NCBI GenBank assembly: GCA_033853375.1 | Contig: JAWOLO010000211.1 | Coordinates: 266-64,265, forward strand | From: Terriglobia bacterium | Lineage (GTDB): Bacteria > Acidobacteriota > Terriglobia > Acidiferrales > UBA7541 | Length of the DNA stretch: 64,000 bases | Direction of reading: 5' to 3' | Shown here: positions 45,521-55,789 of the stretch, piece by piece | Layout: each line of letters starts with the position of its first letter | Numbering within the stretch: the first letter of the stretch is position 1 | The notes under the pieces: model-generated | Told to the model about the DNA's origin: nothing | The model's database searches: none | The model's input: the letters and a program-made list of their open reading frames with translations, nothing else | Program-made: the position numbers and the translations under genes

Positions 45521-46360
45521 GTGCAAATCGTGTGTGGCGGCGTGACCGACGTGGGTCGCGTGCGAACGAACAACGAAGATTGCTTTCGCATTGTTACGCC
45601 GCTGAATCTCTACGTGTTGGCCGACGGGATGGGCGGAGAAGCGCACGGTGAAATTGCCAGCGCGCTGGCCGTGGAAACGGTGGTGAAGCACTGTCTCGAC
45701 GAGGAGGCCAATCCGGCCGCGAAAGTCCTGGGAAAAGTAGAGCCGGGCTGGAGCGCAAGGACCAAGCGGCTTTCGACGGCTCTGCACCTGGCGAACAAGA
45801 AGATTTGCAAATCCGCGGAAGAGCATCCGGAGCAGCGCGGCATGGGAGCGACCTTGACGGCGGCGTGGATTGACCGTTCGCGGCTAAGCATCGCGCACGT
45901 GGGCGACAGCCGGGCATATCTGCTGCGCGGAGGCACGCTGCTGCAGCTTACGCGCGATCACTCGCTGGTGGCGGAACAAGTGCGGCAAGGCATGTTGACT
46001 GCGGCGGAAGCGGAAGAGAGCGATATGCAAAGCGTGTTGCTGCGCGCGCTTGGCGCACAAGCCGAGATCGAGGTGGACGCCGAAGAACACGTGCTGTTTC
46101 CGCGAGACGTTTTGATGCTGTGCTCCGACGGGTTGACGCGCGTGGTGACGGAGCCGGAAATTGCCGGCGTGCTTCAAGCGGAAACCGATCCGGTGCGCGG
46201 AGCGGAAGAATTGGTGGCCCTGGCGAATGAGCGCGGCGGGCCGGACAACATCACCGTGGTGATCGCGCGGATGCTCAAGGATTCGAAGGGTTGGTTTTCG
46301 TGGTTGCGCCGTGGGGCGCGGAAGAACCTGGGCAACAATGGCAACGCTGGAGGAAAGTAA
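45521..46360 (+). CDS. PP2C-family Ser/Thr phosphatase (Stp1/PrpC-like)
   Basis: RTNNED, ADGMGG, HVGDSRAY, CSDGL and GGPDNIT motifs. Confidence 0.95.
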   Translation: MQIVCGGVTDVGRVRTNNEDCFRIVTPLNLYVLADGMGGEAHGEIASALAVETVVKHCLDEEANPAAKVLGKVEPGWSARTKRLSTALHLANKKICKSAEEHPEQRGMGATLTAAWIDRSRLSIAHVGDSRAYLLRGGTLLQLTRDHSLVAEQVRQGMLTAAEAEESDMQSVLLRALGAQAEIEVDAEEHVLFPRDVLMLCSDGLTRVVTEPEIAGVLQAETDPVRGAEELVALANERGGPDNITVVIARMLKDSKGWFSWLRRGARKNLGNNGNAGGK

Positions 46361-46362
46361 AA

Positions 46363-47088
46363 ATGCCGAAACTCAGCCTCATGTTTGACAACAAACTCGT
46401 GAGAGAAGTGCCGGTAGGAAACCGCCCGGTGACCATCGGGCGCGCGCCGGACAACGATCTGTCTGTGGACAATCTAGCCGTGTCCAGTTACCACGCGAAG
46501 ATTTATTTCGAAGCAGGGCGAATGGTCATTGAGGATCTCAACAGCCTCAACGGCACGTTCGTGAACGATCTCCGCGTCGAGCGCGCCACGCTGCACGATG
46601 GAGATAAAGTTCACATCGGCAAACACATCATCAAGGTGGATACCAGCGGTGATGCGCCTGTGCCGTGGCAGTCCGCCCGCAAAACTGCGGCGCCACGCAT
46701 CAACGAAACGATGGTGCTGGACACCAAGGAGCGCCGCCAGATGCTCCAACAGGCGGCAGCCATGGGCGAATCGATGCAATTCGCATCTACGCGTGTGAAG
46801 GTCGCGACGCTCATGGTGCTTGGCGGGAACACGGACCAAAGAGAATACATTTTGACGAATAAGCTGACGGTCATTGGCAAGTCCCCGATGGCCACGGTGA
46901 AATTGAAGGGCTGGTTCAAGCCGCAAATGGCGGCGCAGATCAACCAGCGCGATGATGGGTACTTTCTTGGCCCCGGCGACAAAGTCCCTTCCGTCAACGG
47001 ACGGCTGATCGGCGGACCAACGCGGCTGAATGACGGCGACTTGATTGAAGTCTCCGGCGTGAAGCTGAATTTTATTTTCCGCGAGTAG
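46363..47088 (+). CDS. Tandem FHA-domain protein
   Basis: IGRAPDND, VSSYHA and DLNSLNGTFVN; degenerate second FHA (IGKS...LNDGDLIEV). Confidence 0.9.
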   Translation: MPKLSLMFDNKLVREVPVGNRPVTIGRAPDNDLSVDNLAVSSYHAKIYFEAGRMVIEDLNSLNGTFVNDLRVERATLHDGDKVHIGKHIIKVDTSGDAPVPWQSARKTAAPRINETMVLDTKERRQMLQQAAAMGESMQFASTRVKVATLMVLGGNTDQREYILTNKLTVIGKSPMATVKLKGWFKPQMAAQINQRDDGYFLGPGDKVPSVNGRLIGGPTRLNDGDLIEVSGVKLNFIFRE

Positions 47089-47100
47089 CGTTCGAAAACG

Positions 47101-47616
47101 ATGGCAGCTCCGTCAGAAGGCTTCTGGCAAAGGCGGGGCTTGTTCGGCCTCTACGAACTGCTGCAGTCATGGTGGCGGCACCGCGTCTCGTTCCTCATCA
47201 GCGTTTTCGTGACGTTCCTTGCGCTGGCGCTCTACTATTTCACTTTTGTCGGCGAGCGGCCAACGCCGATCTTCAACTTTATTCAGCGTCTGGAATTCGC
47301 TTCGCTGGATACACGCTTCCGCTACCGGCCGCGGGGCATCGCGCCGGTGGATCCGCGAATCGTTATCGTGGATATCGACCAGCATTCCCAGGAAGTGCTA
47401 GGGAAATGGCCTTTTTCGCGAGTCGAATTTTTCCAGCGGGCTCGTTCTTTCTACTGCGCGCGTAAATTGCAAGACGCGCAGGCGGCCTTTCAGGGGATTT
47501 TGGACAAATGGCCCGACGATGGCCCCTCACGCGCTTATTGGAAACGCTGCCAGGAGTATTTCTTCGAAGAGCCGCCTTCTGATTGGGACGGCGTCTTCAC
47601 CATGACTCACAAATAG
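47101..47616 (+). pseudogene. Internally deleted CHASE2 / adenylate-guanylate cyclase remnant (open frame)
   Basis: CHASE2 start (DPRIVIVDID...GKWPFSR) joined directly to a cyclase-type C-terminal tail (PDDGPSRAY...PPSDWDGVFTMTHK). Confidence 0.75.
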
Positions 47617-48000
47617 ACGGCAACTTTCTGTTCGCTCCCCTCGGCCATCCATAAGGTTCCCGGATTCTCCGTCCAATTTGGATGGAGCCTTGGATGTGCC
47701 CTGTGTCAGAATGGCGGCATCGAATGGCTTAGTGCAGGAGCAAGCTTCGCGCACGAAGCCTGCCCGGGCGTTAGGTTAGGTGAGCAAGGTCCGACCTTCG
47801 ATTCTGGACATTTCATGGCAGGGGGACGCGGTCTGGAACCCCGGAGTGCCGTTCCCGGTGGGTGAATGGTCTCTGACGATAGGGCTCGTACCCGAAGCAG
47901 GGCCCCAGGGAATCTAATACCAAAAGACAAGACCTACCCTGTCCATTGTAAGCCGGCGCGGATCACGCGACCTGACGAGGGGAAAGAGAAGAAGTAATTT

Positions 48001-51000
48001 ATGTGGATTGTCCGATTAGCGCTACGCAGGCCATACACCTTCGTGGTGCTGGCGCTCGCCATCATTTTGCTAACCCCGGTCGTGCTGATGCGCACGCCCA
48101 CGGACATTTTCCCGGAAATCAACATTCCTGTTGTGAGCATTGCCTGGACCTATACGGGTCTCTCGCCTCTGGAGATGGAGCGGCGCGTCACCTCCACAAT
48201 TGAGCGCGGCGCGACGACTATGGTCAATGACATCGAACACCTGGAATCGCAATCTCTTCCAGGCATGACCATCATCAAGCTCTATTTCCATCCCAGGGCC
48301 AACATTGCAACGGCGCTCGCGCAGACGGCTGCAGCTACGGAGACGATGATGAAGTGGCTTCCGCCGGGCGCCACTCCGCCATTGGTGATTATCTATTCCG
48401 CTTCCACCGTTCCGGTCATCCAAATCGGCCTCACCAGCGACACCATGAGCGAGCAGCAGCTCTTCGACCTGGGCACCACCTATCTTCGTCCCAAGTTGAC
48501 TACGGTTCCTGGCGCGGCCATTCCGTGGCCGTACGGCGGAAAGCAGCGTTTCATTTCCGTAGACATCGATTCTGCGGCCTTGCAGGCCAAGGGCCTCTCT
48601 CCGGTGGACATCGTCAACGCCATGAATCAGCAAAACCTCATCCTGCCGACGGGGACGGCAAAGCTCGGGCAGCTTGAATATGACGTCGAGATGAACGGGA
48701 GCCCGCAAACCATCCAGGAACTCAATGACCTGCCCGTCAAAACCATCAATGGCACCACGATTTACATGAAGGAAGTGGCTCACGTACGCGACGGCTTCTC
48801 TCCGCAGACCAACATCGTGCGGGCCAATGGTCAGCGCGGCGTGATCATGAGCATTTTGAAGACGGGCGGCACTTCCACGCTCGAGGTCGTTTCGCGCGTC
48901 AAGGAAATTCTGCAGTACTACTCCGGAGCTTTGCCGGAAGGCCTGCACGTTACCACTTTCTTTGACCAGTCGCTCTTTGTGCGCGCGGCCATTCAGGGCG
49001 TGATTCGAGAAGCGCTGATTGCCGCTTGCTTGACCGCGGTGATGATTCTGTTGTTCCTCGGCAACTGGAAGAGCACGTTAATTATCGCGGTTTCCATCCC
49101 TTTGTCCATTCTTGTGAGCGTCATCGCTCTGAGTGCTCTGGGCCAGACTATCAACATCATGACTCTGGGCGGCTTGGCACTCGCCGTCGGCATCCTTGTC
49201 GACGACGCCACCGTGGAAATCGAAAACATTAACCGCAACCTGGCCATGGGCAAAGAGACCATGCAAGCCATCCTGGACGGCGCTGCGCAAATCGCCGTCC
49301 CGGCCTTCGTTTCCACGATTTGCATTTGCATCGTGTTCATTCCCATGTTCTTCCTGTCTGGCGTGGCGAAATTTTTGTTCGTGCCGCTAGCCGAAGCGGT
49401 GATTTTCGCCATGCTCGCCTCCTACTTCTGGTCGCGAACCATTGTGCCCACCCTGGCGATGTATCTTCTTTCTGCGGAGGATGAATATCACGCCGACGAA
49501 CACGTTGGCGAAGAAATGGGATTCTTCCGCCGGTACCAGCAGGGATTCGAGCGGCGGTTTGAAGCGTTTCGCGAAGGCTACCGCCGCGCACTAACGACCG
49601 CTCTACATCATCCGTGGCTATTCACCGCGTGTTTTCTTGGCTTTTGTGTTCTCTCCGGCGGACTGATCTTTGTCATCGGCAGGGACTATTTTCCCAGCGT
49701 GGATGCAGGCCAGATTCGTCTGCACATGCGCGCACGATCCGGCCTTCGCATCGAAGAGACCGCGCGGCTCGCGGACCAAGTGGAAACCACCATTAAAGAG
49801 ATTATCCCCAAGAGAGATTTGCTGACTATTCTCGACAATATCGGTCTGCCCTACAGCAGCATCAACATGACGTATAGCAATGCAGGCACGATCGGGACTT
49901 CCGACGCCGAGATTCTGCTGCAGTTGAAAAAAGATCGCGGAACTTCGACCGAGAGTTATATCCGGGAGCTTCGCGAAGTCCTGCCGCAACGATTCCCATC
50001 AACGCAGTTTTTCTTCCAGCCAGCCGACATCGTGTCGCAGATCCTGAACTTCGGCATGCCCGCACCCATTGATATTGAAGTCATGGGTCAGAATCAGACG
50101 GGCAACTATCAGATTGCGGAAAAGCTCGTTGGAGAAATCCAGCACATCCCCGGCGCTGTCGACGTGCATGTGCAACAAGCCTTTGACGATCCCACTCTTC
50201 ATATGGAAATCGATCGCACGCGCGCTCAATCGGTCGGATTGCAGGCCCGGGACATTGCGCAAAATCTGCTCATCTCCTTGAGTTCGAGCTTCCAGACTGC
50301 TCCCGTCCTCTGGATGGATCCCAAGAACGGCGCTACCTATCAAGTGGCCGTCCAAACCCCGCAGTACAGAGTGAATTCGATGCAGGCGCTGGCAAACACT
50401 CCGGTTACGGGCGCAGGAGCTGCGGCCACGGACGCACCGCCCCAGATTTTGGGCAACCTGGTGAGCATCTCCTCGGCCATGCGGCCTGCCGTAGTGTCCC
50501 ACTACGACATTGAGCCGCTCATCAATGTCTATGCTTCCGTGGACGGGCGGGATCTCGGCGCAGTTTCCGATGAAATTGCCATGCGCGTTCAGGACATTGA
50601 GAAGGAATTGCCGCGCGGCAGCCACATTACCATTCGCGGCCAGGTGCAAACGATGAAGTATTCGTTCCAGGGTCTGGCCGTTGGCCTCCTCGGCGCCATC
50701 GTTTTGGCCTATCTTTTGATTGTTGTGAATTTCCAATCGTGGCTCGACCCGTTCATCATCATCACGGCGCTGCCGGGCGCGCTCGCAGGTATTTGCTGGA
50801 TGCTGTTTTTCACGCACACGACGCTGAATGTACCGTCCATGATTGGAGCCATTATGTGCATGGGCGTGGCCACTGCGAACAGCATTTTAGTGGTTTCCTT
50901 TGCGCGCGAGCAGTTGGACGAAGGAAAAACCGCGCAGCAAGCCGCGCTTGAAGCCGGCTTCGTCCGCATCCGTCCCGTGATTATGACCGCGCTGGCAATG

Positions 51001-51201
51001 ATCATCGGCATGGTACCTCTAGCCATCGGTCTCGGGGAAGGCGGCGAACAAAATGCCCCGCTTGGGCGTGCAGTGATCGGCGGTCTGATTTTCGCCACGT
51101 TCGCTACACTCTTCTTCGTTCCGACCGTCTTTTCCATTATTCACGGACGGCGGGAACGCCGAAGGGCGCTGGAAACGGGCGCCACTCCCGTAATACCCTG
51201 A
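48001..51201 (+). CDS. RND efflux permease (AcrB family)
   Basis: DIFPEINIP, GILVDDATVEIENI, RIRPVIMT and PLGRAVIGGL motifs. Confidence 0.96.
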   Translation: MWIVRLALRRPYTFVVLALAIILLTPVVLMRTPTDIFPEINIPVVSIAWTYTGLSPLEMERRVTSTIERGATTMVNDIEHLESQSLPGMTIIKLYFHPRANIATALAQTAAATETMMKWLPPGATPPLVIIYSASTVPVIQIGLTSDTMSEQQLFDLGTTYLRPKLTTVPGAAIPWPYGGKQRFISVDIDSAALQAKGLSPVDIVNAMNQQNLILPTGTAKLGQLEYDVEMNGSPQTIQELNDLPVKTINGTTIYMKEVAHVRDGFSPQTNIVRANGQRGVIMSILKTGGTSTLEVVSRVKEILQYYSGALPEGLHVTTFFDQSLFVRAAIQGVIREALIAACLTAVMILLFLGNWKSTLIIAVSIPLSILVSVIALSALGQTINIMTLGGLALAVGILVDDATVEIENINRNLAMGKETMQAILDGAAQIAVPAFVSTICICIVFIPMFFLSGVAKFLFVPLAEAVIFAMLASYFWSRTIVPTLAMYLLSAEDEYHADEHVGEEMGFFRRYQQGFERRFEAFREGYRRALTTALHHPWLFTACFLGFCVLSGGLIFVIGRDYFPSVDAGQIRLHMRARSGLRIEETARLADQVETTIKEIIPKRDLLTILDNIGLPYSSINMTYSNAGTIGTSDAEILLQLKKDRGTSTESYIRELREVLPQRFPSTQFFFQPADIVSQILNFGMPAPIDIEVMGQNQTGNYQIAEKLVGEIQHIPGAVDVHVQQAFDDPTLHMEIDRTRAQSVGLQARDIAQNLLISLSSSFQTAPVLWMDPKNGATYQVAVQTPQYRVNSMQALANTPVTGAGAAATDAPPQILGNLVSISSAMRPAVVSHYDIEPLINVYASVDGRDLGAVSDEIAMRVQDIEKELPRGSHITIRGQVQTMKYSFQGLAVGLLGAIVLAYLLIVVNFQSWLDPFIIITALPGALAGICWMLFFTHTTLNVPSMIGAIMCMGVATANSILVVSFAREQLDEGKTAQQAALEAGFVRIRPVIMTALAMIIGMVPLAIGLGEGGEQNAPLGRAVIGGLIFATFATLFFVPTVFSIIHGRRERRRALETGATPVIP

Positions 51202-51269
51202 GCATGAGCACAGGGATAGGGGCAATTTCAAGATTGTAAGTAGACAGGGAGAAGCAGTACGGAGTTGAG

Positions 51270-52490
51270 ATGAGTCCTCAAGACGACAGTCAGGCCGCCC
51301 AAAAAGGGGGAAAGCTGTTCAAGATGCTCATGGGCGGGGCATTCGTTCTCGTGGTGTTGGGCGCGCTCACCATGCTCCAGCGCCGCTCGGAATACCGCAC
51401 TCTCGCGGAAGAGACGGAAACGCTGGCGGTCCAAACCGTCGGCGTAATTCACCCCACTCCGGAAACGGGCGAGGAAGATTTGGTGCTTCCGGGAACCATG
51501 GAGGCCTTTGTCGAATCCCCGATTTACGCGCGCACCAACGGCTACCTGAAGAAGTGGTATCACGACATCGGCAGCCGCGTGCAGAAGGGCGATCTGCTGG
51601 CAGACATCGACACTCCCGAAGTCGATCAACAGCTCTCTCAGGCGCGCGCCGACCTCGCGACGGCGCAAGCCAATGCGCACCTTTCCGAAATCACGGCTGC
51701 CCGCTATCAAGAACTATTGAAAACAGACGGCGTCTCCAAGCAGGAAGTGGATAACGCTGCCGGCGACCTCGCGGCCAAGCGCGCCATCGTGCAATCCGCA
51801 GATGCCAACGTGCATCGCCTGGAAGAAATGAAATCCTTCCAGCACATTTACGCCCCGTTTTCCGGCGTGATTACGCACCGCAACGTGGATATCGGCACGC
51901 TGATCAACGCCGGCAACACCGGAGCTTCGCAGCAATTATTTTTCCTGGCGCAGACGAGCCCATTGCGCGTTTACGTGCGGGTCCCGGAAATCTACGCCAA
52001 CACAATCCATCCGGGCCTTGGTGCCTTTCTCGAAGTGACTCAGTATCCTGGCAGGAAAATAGAAGGCAAAGTTGTGCGCACCGCAGAAGCCATTGACTTG
52101 ACCACGCGCACGCTCAACACCGAAGTGGATGTTCCCAACCGTGACGGCGCGCTGCTTCCGGGCGGCTACGCTCAGGTGCATCTGGAAGTTAAAGTTACCG
52201 GCTCGCGCTTGGAAGTTCCTGTGAACGCCTTGCTGTTTCGCTCGGAAGGACTTCGCGCCGTGGTTGTGGATGCCAATCACAAAATCCATCTGCGGCAGAT
52301 TACCGTGGGCCGGGACTACGGCACGAGCCTCGAGGTTTTGCAGGGGCTCGACCCGAACGATTGGATCGTCCTGAATCCCGCCGATTCTCTTGAAGAGGGC
52401 CAGGAAGTTCGCGTGAAGGAAATCGCCATGAACGCGCCTGCTCCAGCACCGGGGAAGCGGCAAGCGCCCTCACAAGGTTCCAACAAATAA
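51270..52490 (+). CDS. RND periplasmic adaptor (MFP)
   Basis: IYARTNGYL, APFSGVIT and LLPGGYAQV motifs. Confidence 0.94.
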   Translation: MSPQDDSQAAQKGGKLFKMLMGGAFVLVVLGALTMLQRRSEYRTLAEETETLAVQTVGVIHPTPETGEEDLVLPGTMEAFVESPIYARTNGYLKKWYHDIGSRVQKGDLLADIDTPEVDQQLSQARADLATAQANAHLSEITAARYQELLKTDGVSKQEVDNAAGDLAAKRAIVQSADANVHRLEEMKSFQHIYAPFSGVITHRNVDIGTLINAGNTGASQQLFFLAQTSPLRVYVRVPEIYANTIHPGLGAFLEVTQYPGRKIEGKVVRTAEAIDLTTRTLNTEVDVPNRDGALLPGGYAQVHLEVKVTGSRLEVPVNALLFRSEGLRAVVVDANHKIHLRQITVGRDYGTSLEVLQGLDPNDWIVLNPADSLEEGQEVRVKEIAMNAPAPAPGKRQAPSQGSNK

Positions 52491-52492
52491 GA

Positions 52493-53971
52493 ATGATAAG
52501 GGCGAAGCATCTCGCTGTAGTGAATAGCAGCGTTGTCTTCCTATTGGCGGCGGGCTGCACCGTCGGGCCGAAGTACCAGCGCCCTTCCGCACCTGTGCCC
52601 GCCAAGTGGGACGTCACCGAACCGTGGCGCGAAAGCACGCCCAAGGATGGCGTAGCCAAAGGCGAATGGTGGAGCGTCTTTCAGAACGATGAGTTGTCCG
52701 CTCTCGAAAAACAAGCCCTAGACGCAAACCAAACGATTAAAGTTGCCGTTGCGCGCCTGGAGCAAGCGCGCGCGGCTGCGTCGCTGCAGATTGCCACAGA
52801 ATTTCCGACGCTTTCGACCGTTCCTGGCGCACAGCGTCAGCGCCTTTCCGGGAATCGTCCTGCCAGCAGCAACTTCCCGATTACCGGCCCGGTCTCTCAA
52901 ACCAATATCACGCTACCGTTCGTCGCGGGGTATGAAGCCGATTTGTTTGGACAGCGACGGCGCAGCATCGAAGCAGCTCAGGCGTCGTATCAGGCGAGCG
53001 CCGCGGACCTGGAAAACGTGCGCCTGGTCATCACTTCGGAGCTTGCTGGAGATTACTTCACGCTGCGCCAGCTTGATTCCGAGCTGAACATTCTGAATCG
53101 TACGGTCGAGACTCTTCAAAAAGGTTTGCAATTGGTTCAGTCGCGCCACACCGGCGGCTTGGCTTCGGGGCTGGACGTCGCGGAAGAAGAAACCTTGCTG
53201 AACACGACGAAAACCCAGGCGGTGTTGGTCCAGCAACAACGCAAACAGGTGGAGGATGCTATTGCCGTGTTGCTGGGAAAACCTGCGCCTGATTTTCACC
53301 TCGAGCCAAAAGAATTGAGCGCTGAGCCTCCCACGCTGGATGCGGGGCTGCCTTCCGATCTGCTTGAGCGCCGCCCGGACATCGCCGAAGCCGAACGCCA
53401 GATGGCGGTAGCCAACGCGCAGATCGGCATCGCACGGGCAGCCTACTTTCCCTCGTTGAATCTTTTTGCCAATGGCGGATGGCAAGCGGCGGACATCGCC
53501 AAGCTTTTGAACGTGCAAAGCACCTTTTGGGCTGTTGGCGCCAATGTGGCCGAGGCCATCTTTACCGGAGGTTCACGGCGCGCACAAACGCAATTTGCCA
53601 AGGCTGGTTTTGACGCGAGCGTGGCTTCCTATCGCGACACGGTTTTGAACGCCTTCCGAGAAGTACAAGATGACGTCACGGGCTTGACCGTCCTCGACGA
53701 AGCTTTTCATTCGCAAGAAAAAGCAGTTGATTCGGCCCGCCGCACGGTCGACATTGCTACAAGCCGCTACGTGGGAGGCCTCGTAAGTTATCTCGACGTC
53801 GTGAACGCCCAGCAGAGCCTATTGAACAACGAGCAAGAGCTTGCTGTGATTCGCGGCCAGCGCCTTGTTACCAGTGTTCTGCTCGTGAAAGCGCTTGGCG
53901 GCGGATGGGATGCTTCGAGCCTCGCTGCGGTTCAAGTGAAAACGAAACTGAAAGATGTAGTTGCGCCCTGA
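52493..53971 (+). CDS. Outer-membrane efflux lipoprotein (OprM/NodT family)
   Basis: Lipobox LAAGC; LLERRPDIAEAE and KALGGGW motifs. Confidence 0.95.
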   Translation: MIRAKHLAVVNSSVVFLLAAGCTVGPKYQRPSAPVPAKWDVTEPWRESTPKDGVAKGEWWSVFQNDELSALEKQALDANQTIKVAVARLEQARAAASLQIATEFPTLSTVPGAQRQRLSGNRPASSNFPITGPVSQTNITLPFVAGYEADLFGQRRRSIEAAQASYQASAADLENVRLVITSELAGDYFTLRQLDSELNILNRTVETLQKGLQLVQSRHTGGLASGLDVAEEETLLNTTKTQAVLVQQQRKQVEDAIAVLLGKPAPDFHLEPKELSAEPPTLDAGLPSDLLERRPDIAEAERQMAVANAQIGIARAAYFPSLNLFANGGWQAADIAKLLNVQSTFWAVGANVAEAIFTGGSRRAQTQFAKAGFDASVASYRDTVLNAFREVQDDVTGLTVLDEAFHSQEKAVDSARRTVDIATSRYVGGLVSYLDVVNAQQSLLNNEQELAVIRGQRLVTSVLLVKALGGGWDASSLAAVQVKTKLKDVVAP

Positions 53972-53995
53972 ACGACAGCCTGCGCGAAAACGCGA

Positions 53996-54949
53996 TCAGG
54001 GCTTGCCCGTGTCGTGCGGCGAAATGACGCGGCCCAATTCCGAAGAGCGGCTCAGGCGGTCAAACATCTGGTAAGCAGCGTCGGAAATCTTCGTAATGGC
54101 GTCTCCGCCGTCTCGTTCGCGCTTCAAATACGTGGTCATCACGCTAATCACATAGGGCCGCTTGCCGGCAAAAACAATCCCGGAATCGTTGCGCACGCCT
54201 TCCAATTCTCCCGGCTTGTTCGCTACCTTCACGTCTTCCGGCAAATTCCTCGGAATGTAGCTTTCCTTGTGCACGCTCAGCAAATTGAAAAAGTCGTCGG
54301 TCATCTGCTTGTTCAGAACCTTGCCGCGATAAAGATTTTCGAGGAGCAGCATCATTTCTCGCGGTGTGGCCACGTTTTCTCGTCCTTCCGAGGCGGCTTT
54401 CAGGTCCATCATTTTCCGGCTCAACCTTGTGTGCGTCAGGCCCAGTGAATCGAGCAGTGCGTTTACATTTTCCATCCCCACGTGGTCGATGATCACGTTG
54501 GTCGCCGAATTATCGCTCACGGAAATCATCAGGCCCGCGACATCGCGCAGCGTCAGCTTTGTCATTCCTGGTGTCAGCACGCTGGTGATGCCGCTTCCGC
54601 CAACTAGGTCCGACTGCTGCAGCGTGTAAAAATCTGTGAGCTTAATCTTGCCTTGCTGCGCCTGGCGATACAGCTCTCCCAGAATCGCGATTTTGATCGA
54701 GCTCGCCGTCGGCATCACTTCATCGGCATGCAGCAAATACTTCTGCCCGGTGGACAGATCCAGGATGGCCACGCCAAGCACTCCATCGAGTTTGCTATCA
54801 ACTTCGTTGACCGTGGACGCCAGCTTTTGCCACAGGATTTGCTCTTTCTCCGGTGAATTCTGTTGTGCACAGACGGGCGGCTGCGCGGTGGCAAAAATCG
54901 CGGTGCACGCCACAAAAATCAAAATTCTCTTAAGCAAGGAAGCCTCCAA
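53996..54949 (-). CDS. Class A beta-lactamase-related serine hydrolase
   Basis: SxxK (SSIK), SDN, and KPG in place of KTG; signal peptide. Confidence 0.88.
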   Translation of the reverse strand: MEASLLKRILIFVACTAIFATAQPPVCAQQNSPEKEQILWQKLASTVNEVDSKLDGVLGVAILDLSTGQKYLLHADEVMPTASSIKIAILGELYRQAQQGKIKLTDFYTLQQSDLVGGSGITSVLTPGMTKLTLRDVAGLMISVSDNSATNVIIDHVGMENVNALLDSLGLTHTRLSRKMMDLKAASEGRENVATPREMMLLLENLYRGKVLNKQMTDDFFNLLSVHKESYIPRNLPEDVKVANKPGELEGVRNDSGIVFAGKRPYVISVMTTYLKRERDGGDAITKISDAAYQMFDRLSRSSELGRVISPHDTGKP

Positions 54950-55164
54950 GTGGACGGGATTATAAGGCTTTGGACGAGGGTTTTGAGCCTTTTTGAGTCA
55001 TCGCTTTCGTTCGAGGCGTACTGAATGAGCACGTCGGCAACCATTTCGCGGAAACTGTGTTAAACATGAATGAGGGTAAGTCGTCCTGCGAAGCGACGAC
55101 CCACCAGGTTTTTGAGCCATCGAGTAAGCGAAACTCGACAGCTTCGCAATTTGGAGAAAACCTC

Positions 55165-55656
55165 ATGCGCAAACTTCTTGCGGGAATTCTTTTCACGGCC
55201 TTGGCAGGCACGCTTACACTGGCTGCGCCGCCTCAAGACCGCGACGAACGCCATGACAACGGCAAGCACAAGGGTTGGGACAAGCATGGCGATGAAGGCG
55301 ATCGCCACGATAACGGCAAACACAAAGGCTGGGACAACCCCAACAACCCTCATTATGAACATTGGGATGCGGATCACGATCGCATCCGCCCCGGCCGCGC
55401 GTATCCCCATGGCCGCTATGAGCATGTGAGAGAAGGTTTTGTCGCACGGCGCTTTGATTACCGCACTCGCCACATCTTTCTGTACGACAATTCCGATTGG
55501 GTGGTCGCGTCTTACGACGTCAACCGCTGCCGCGATTGGGAGTGGGACCGCGATCAAGTCTACGTCTACGACGACGACCATCACCCCGGCTGGTATTTGC
55601 TCTTTAACGCGCGTCTAGGCCGATACGTCCACGTCGAATACTTCGGCGTGCACTAA
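55165..55656 (+). CDS. Secreted His/Asp-rich protein with duplicated RHDNGKHKGWD
   Basis: Signal peptide; GGAG RBS; 54-nt-spaced internal repeat. Confidence 0.8.
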   Translation: MRKLLAGILFTALAGTLTLAAPPQDRDERHDNGKHKGWDKHGDEGDRHDNGKHKGWDNPNNPHYEHWDADHDRIRPGRAYPHGRYEHVREGFVARRFDYRTRHIFLYDNSDWVVASYDVNRCRDWEWDRDQVYVYDDDHHPGWYLLFNARLGRYVHVEYFGVH

Positions 55657-55694
55657 ACTCTAGGTCTGACGTCGTCAATCACGCTTTAAATGCA

Positions 55695-55720
55695 AAAGGG
55701 CGGAGAAAGCTCCGCCCTTT
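55695..55720. terminator. Bidirectional intrinsic terminator
   Basis: AAAGGGCGGAG-AAAG-CTCCGCCCTTT between convergent genes. Confidence 0.8.
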
Positions 55721-55789
55721 GCATCTCGTCGCCCTGAAGCTCGCTGTGCAGACAGAGCGACGCGACGCCGTTATGATTCGCATTTCAAC

